A program made the translations under genes and the position numbers. A stretch of DNA of 64,000 nt, from the NCBI GenBank assembly GCA_043822925.1, contig JBDRBF010000041.1:1-64000 (forward strand), given 5' to 3'. The notes beneath the pieces were generated by a model. It was not told where the DNA came from and made no database searches. It worked only from the letters and a program-made list of their open reading frames with translations. Of this stretch, positions 59,896-64,000 are shown piece by piece (the first letter of the stretch is position 1; each line of letters begins with the position of its first letter). The DNA is from a bacterium. GTDB taxonomy: Bacteria; Babelota; Babeliae; Babelales; RVW-14.

Positions 59896-61272
59896 TTGGC
59901 AAAAAACAAAATACACTATGAGTGCAGCAATTGTGGACAGTCGAGCTTAAGATGGATCGGCTGCTGCCCATCTTGTAGTGAATGGAATAGTTTTGTCGAG
60001 CACATAGAGCAGCCTGAAGGCTCACTTCTTACGGGAACATTATCAAGCAAAAACACGGGAACAGCACCAGTAAATCTATTACTCTTCTCTCAAATACAAA
60101 CAGAATCACAAGAACGCATGCTTTCTGGCATCAAAGAATGGGATAGAGTTTTAGGCGGTGGGATATTACCAGGATCTTTTACAATTTTAAGCGGGGACCC
60201 TGGCATCGGTAAATCGACGTTACTATTACAAATTGCAGACAAAATTGCACAAAATCACAACGTAATTTACTTTTCTTCAGAAGAATCTCTAAATCAAATA
60301 AAAAACAGAGCTAACAGGCTCAATACAGCTGATTCAAAACTTTTACTTTCAGATCAAGCATGCTTACAAAATATTATTCAAATTAGTGTGGAAAAAAAAC
60401 CCGACCTAGTAATCCTAGATTCTATTCAAAACTGCTATATATCTCTTGATTCATCAACTATCCCTGGAACTATTGGACAGCTGAGAGAAGCGGGATTTCA
60501 CCTGATGAGACTCGCCAAAGAGCATAATATCGCCATTCTTATTACAGGACACGTCACAAAAGACGGCAATTTAGCTGGACCCAAAGTACTTGAACACATA
60601 GTCGACGCCGTTTTTTATCTACAAGCTGAAGACCGCTGGCAAACAAGAATTTTACGGTCAGTAAAAAACAGATTCGGGGCAATAAACGAAGTTGGTTTTT
60701 TCCAAATGTGTGAACAAGGCCTAGAAGAAGTATCAAACATAAATAAGCAATTGCTAGAAGAAACAACATATACACCCGGGGCAGTACTTGTATGCAGTAT
60801 TGAGGGAATACGGCCCATATTATTAGAGCTACAGGCACTATGTATAACCTCAAAGTTGGGCTTTGCGCAACGAGTTGTAACCGGGGTTGACCCCAAGCGT
60901 GTTGTCTTAATCGCAGCTATTCTTGAGAAATACTTACACGTGCAATTAAGTAATCAGGATATATTTTTTAAAGTGAGTGGTGGATTAAAGATAAAAGATA
61001 GTTTAAGTGACCTGGGCATAGCTTTAGCACTACTTTCAAGCTACTTTCAAAAACCATTGCCTCAAAAATCGGTCGCTCTTGCAGAGATCAGTTTAACAGG
61101 GCAAATTAAGCCTATAAACCAAATTGATACCTGTATCAAAGAAGTAGAAAAATTCGGACTCGAAAACATTCTTATCGCTCAAAAACAGAAGGTCAAAAGC
61201 TCTTGCTCAAAGCTTTTGACCTTCTCTAATGTCTATGAATTACTTAGGTTGTTTCCAGAAACTGGAAATTAA
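59896..61272 (+). CDS. radA: DNA repair protein RadA/Sms
   Basis: C4 Zn finger, GDPGIGKSTL, KNRFG, Lon-like C-terminus. Confidence 0.97.
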   Translation: MAKNKIHYECSNCGQSSLRWIGCCPSCSEWNSFVEHIEQPEGSLLTGTLSSKNTGTAPVNLLLFSQIQTESQERMLSGIKEWDRVLGGGILPGSFTILSGDPGIGKSTLLLQIADKIAQNHNVIYFSSEESLNQIKNRANRLNTADSKLLLSDQACLQNIIQISVEKKPDLVILDSIQNCYISLDSSTIPGTIGQLREAGFHLMRLAKEHNIAILITGHVTKDGNLAGPKVLEHIVDAVFYLQAEDRWQTRILRSVKNRFGAINEVGFFQMCEQGLEEVSNINKQLLEETTYTPGAVLVCSIEGIRPILLELQALCITSKLGFAQRVVTGVDPKRVVLIAAILEKYLHVQLSNQDIFFKVSGGLKIKDSLSDLGIALALLSSYFQKPLPQKSVALAEISLTGQIKPINQIDTCIKEVEKFGLENILIAQKQKVKSSCSKLLTFSNVYELLRLFPETGN

Positions 61273-61273
61273 C

Positions 61274-61603
61274 TTAGTATCCACCGCGTGAGCGATATCC
61301 ACCGTCGCGAGATCCGCCGCCGTCACGAGATCCACCAGTGCGAGGGCCACCTTCACGTGATGTTGCTAAATCAACTTTTAATTTTCTGCCATCACATTCA
61401 TGGTCATTCATTTTTTCAATTGCTTGACGAGCTTCTTCTTCAGAAGACATTTCAATGAAACCAAAACCACGTGAACGGCCAGTCATGTTATCTTTAATGA
61501 TTTTTACTGATTCAACTGTACCAGCTTCTTGAAATAAATCGCTTAAGCTGCTTTCTGTTGTTGAATAAGGAAGATTTGCTACGAATAGCTTTTTGTTTGA
61601 CAT
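61274..61603 (-). CDS. RRM RNA-binding protein with Gly/Arg-rich tail (third in transcription order)
   Basis: RNP2 LFVANL, RNP1 RGFGFIEM, GGSRDGG repeats; GGAG SD. Confidence 0.93.
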   Translation of the reverse strand: MSNKKLFVANLPYSTTESSLSDLFQEAGTVESVKIIKDNMTGRSRGFGFIEMSSEEEARQAIEKMNDHECDGRKLKVDLATSREGGPRTGGSRDGGGSRDGGYRSRGGY

Positions 61604-61656
61604 GAAATTCTCCAGATCGTTAAAAAAATATAAAAAGGAACAAATAGTACAAATAC

Positions 61657-61690
61657 TAACGCGTACCAAGCAAAGCTTTAGTAACGCTTA
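61657..61690 (-). promoter_or_regulatory. Candidate structured leader RNA upstream of an RRM gene
   Basis: Hairpin with compensatory changes relative to 62111-62144. Confidence 0.55.
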
Positions 61691-61702
61691 CGAACGATAC
61701 GA

Positions 61703-62059
61703 TTATCTACCGTAGCCGCCATTACCACCACGTGAACCATACCCACCGCCATCGCGAGATCCGCCACGAGATCCGCCATCGCGAGATCCACCTGTGCGAG
61801 GTCCACCTTCACGTGAAGTAGCCATATCAACTTTTAATTTTCTACCATCACATTCATGGTCGTTCATTTTTTCAATAGCTAAACGAGCCTCTTCTTCAGT
61901 AGACATTTCAATAAAACCAAAACCACGTGAGCGGCCGGTCATATTGTCTTTGATAATTTTTACTGATTCGACTGTGCCTGCTTCTTGGAACAAATCGCTC
62001 AATTGTGTTTCTGATATTGAATAAGGAAGATTAGCTACGAACAATTTCTTACTTGACAT
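61703..62059 (-). CDS. RRM RNA-binding protein with Gly/Arg-rich tail (second)
   Basis: RNP1/RNP2 motifs; near-identical to its neighbours. Confidence 0.93.
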   Translation of the reverse strand: MSSKKLFVANLPYSISETQLSDLFQEAGTVESVKIIKDNMTGRSRGFGFIEMSTEEEARLAIEKMNDHECDGRKLKVDMATSREGGPRTGGSRDGGSRGGSRDGGGYGSRGGNGGYGR

Positions 62060-62110
62060 AAAGTTCTCCAGGTCATTAAAAAATAAAAAAATATAAACAA
62101 GTACAATTTC

Positions 62111-62144
62111 TAATGCGAGCCGAGCAAAGCTTCAGCACCACTTA
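62111..62144 (-). promoter_or_regulatory. Candidate structured leader RNA upstream of an RRM gene
   Basis: Hairpin with compensatory changes relative to 61657-61690. Confidence 0.55.
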
Positions 62145-62157
62145 CTAACTAATACGC

Positions 62158-62517
62158 TTATCTACCGTAGCCACCGCCGTTACCGCCACGTGAACCATAT
62201 CCACCACGAGATCCGCCATCACGAGATCTACCGCCATCGCGAGATCCGCCCGTACGAGGTCCGCCTTCACGTGTTGCTGCGATATCAACTTTTAATTTTC
62301 TACCATCGCACTCATGGTCGTTCATTTTTTCAATAGCTTGACGAGCTTCTTCTTCTGTAGCCATTTCAATGAACCCAAAACCACGTGAGCGGCCGGTCAT
62401 GTTGTCTTTGATAATTTTTACTGATTCAACTGTTCCGGCTTCTTGAAATAAATCGCTCAATTGTGTTTCTGATATTGAGTAAGGAAGATTAGCTACGAAC
62501 AATTTCTTGCTTGACAT
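62158..62517 (-). CDS. RRM RNA-binding protein with Gly/Arg-rich tail (first)
   Basis: RNP1/RNP2 motifs; start at MSSKKLF with GGAG SD. Confidence 0.93.
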   Translation of the reverse strand: MSSKKLFVANLPYSISETQLSDLFQEAGTVESVKIIKDNMTGRSRGFGFIEMATEEEARQAIEKMNDHECDGRKLKVDIAATREGGPRTGGSRDGGRSRDGGSRGGYGSRGGNGGGYGR

Positions 62518-62983
62518 AAAGTTCTCCAGACTATTTTTAAGTACTATTGCTAGATTCAAACTACCTAAGCACAAGCGCCCAGAGAAGTTACCTCAAACTA
62601 ATACTACTTATTTTACATATCATTTATTAAAACTAATAATTACTACAAATTTAACTATTTTTTACTTATTTATTATTAAAATCTCTTGGGGACCCTTTCT
62701 AAATTACTCGTACTGGAACTCACAAATACGCTCAAAACTTAAACTAACTGCCGGAATAAGGTACATAGACGTACGTAGTTTGAAAGAGACCCCTAATCCA
62801 GACCTTATATATTTTACTAAATTTCAAAAGCAAAAACACAAATTTCAAATATCTTTCTATCTGTACTACTATACTAGCATAAAAACAAAGTAACTTTTTG
62901 CCATTTCCCAGCTGCTCTATTGTTTATTATAGGAACAGAAACCAAAAGTCGCAAGTCTATTCCCTTTTTTGCCATTTTTGCCA

Positions 62984-64000
62984 CTATTCAACCGTTACCG
63001 ACTTTGCTAAATTTCTTGGCCTATCAACAGGATGATTCAATTTCTTCGTAATATGATACACAAAAAACTGAACTAACCCTGTCATTGCTAACGGTCCAAG
63101 AAGCGGCTTAACACGCGGAATTATAAAGGCATAGTCCGCAAGCTTAATAAGCTCTTTTTGCCCCTCAAAGGCAAATACCAATAAATGTCCCTTACGAGCC
63201 CTGACTTCTTCAGCATTTGATACAATTTTCCAATACACAACGTCATCAAGCGTCGAAAAGATTACAACAGGAGTCAATTGATCAACCAATGCAATAGGAC
63301 CATGCTTTAACTCTCCTGCCGGATAACATTCTGCAAAGATATACGCTATTTCTTTGACTTTAAGAGCAGCCTCAAGGGCAAGGGGGTAACTAATATGTCT
63401 GCCCAAAAAAATATATCTATCAAACTTCGAATATTTTTCGGCTAATTCTTGCGTAATTTTTAATTTATATGTTTCGATTGTTGTTTCCAAAATTTCAGCA
63501 GTAACAAACAAATCTTCTTCAGCTTCGCGCATTTCAGAAATGCTCACAAGCCCCTTCTGCAAAGCAATTCGATGCGCTAACCAATACAACATAGCTAATT
63601 GCGTCGAAAAGGCCTTTGTAGAAGCTACTGATATCTCAGGACCAGCTTGCATTGGTAAAAAACCTGCAGCCTCACGAACAATAGTACTCGAAGCTACATT
63701 AGTCAAAGCAATGGTCGAAATATTATATGAATTTACCAAACGCATAGCCTGAAGCGTATCTGCCGTTTCACCAGATTGCGAAATCGCTACATACACACCA
63801 TTTTCACCTGGAAAAAATGGCATATGCAAAAATTCTGAAGCCAAATGCACCCGTACTGGAATTTTACAAATATATTCGAAAAAAAACTGAGCGACTCGTG
63901 CCGCATGCCACGAAGTTCCGGCTGCAACAAAACCTATATGTGTTAAATTTTTTACCTGCTTACTCGTTAATCCCATTTGGCGCCAAAGACCATCTCCTCC
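62984..64000 (-). CDS. glmS: Glutamine-fructose-6-phosphate aminotransferase, C-terminal SIS domains (5' end outside window)
   Basis: SQSGETADT, AGPEISVASTKAF, ELKHGPIAL, PRNLAKSVTVE; frame stays open to the window edge. Confidence 0.95.
   Translation of the reverse strand, partial: GGDGLWRQMGLTSKQVKNLTHIGFVAAGTSWHAARVAQFFFEYICKIPVRVHLASEFLHMPFFPGENGVYVAISQSGETADTLQAMRLVNSYNISTIALTNVASSTIVREAAGFLPMQAGPEISVASTKAFSTQLAMLYWLAHRIALQKGLVSISEMREAEEDLFVTAEILETTIETYKLKITQELAEKYSKFDRYIFLGRHISYPLALEAALKVKEIAYIFAECYPAGELKHGPIALVDQLTPVVIFSTLDDVVYWKIVSNAEEVRARKGHLLVFAFEGQKELIKLADYAFIIPRVKPLLGPLAMTGLVQFFVYHITKKLNHPVDRPRNLAKSVTVE

Noticed and set aside
1115-63752. Numerous short antisense or alternate-frame ORFs within long genes
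   Set aside because: They are fully nested in well-supported CDSs, have no motifs, and are expected by chance.

Overview
AT-rich (roughly one-third GC by eye) bacterial chromosomal window. The mix of Gram-negative envelope genes, signal-peptide hypotheticals, beta-propeller surface proteins and a reduced gene order suggests Candidatus Dependentiae/Babelota (TM6); this is inference, not a database result. Contents in order: a standalone GluRS fragment; cysK/CBS-like, dapF, class I aldolase and LOG genes; a partial type II secretion locus (moxR-gspC-gspD1-gspL/pilM-gspM-gspD2) with two secretins; an NtrX-like regulator, mlaFE, secG, tpiA; an outer-membrane protein and mreB; a 4-gene array of exported mosaic proteins (SNA-repeat stalk or 7-blade propeller, each fused to a related beta-rich C-terminal domain); a decayed group IIC intron inserted after a terminator; fis-like, holA, lptE-like, rph, pnp, rpsO; tRNA-Val; rpoC-rpoB-rplL-rplJ-rplA-rplK-nusG-secE-rpmG with five more tRNAs and no tuf; tsaE, NYN, orphan atpG, murA, kdsB; a duplicated promoter-gene-terminator cassette; tdk, radA; three tandem RRM genes; and partial glmS. 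The best leads are the modular exported-protein array, a covarying leader hairpin upstream of the RRM genes, nested REP-like palindromes, and the double-secretin locus.
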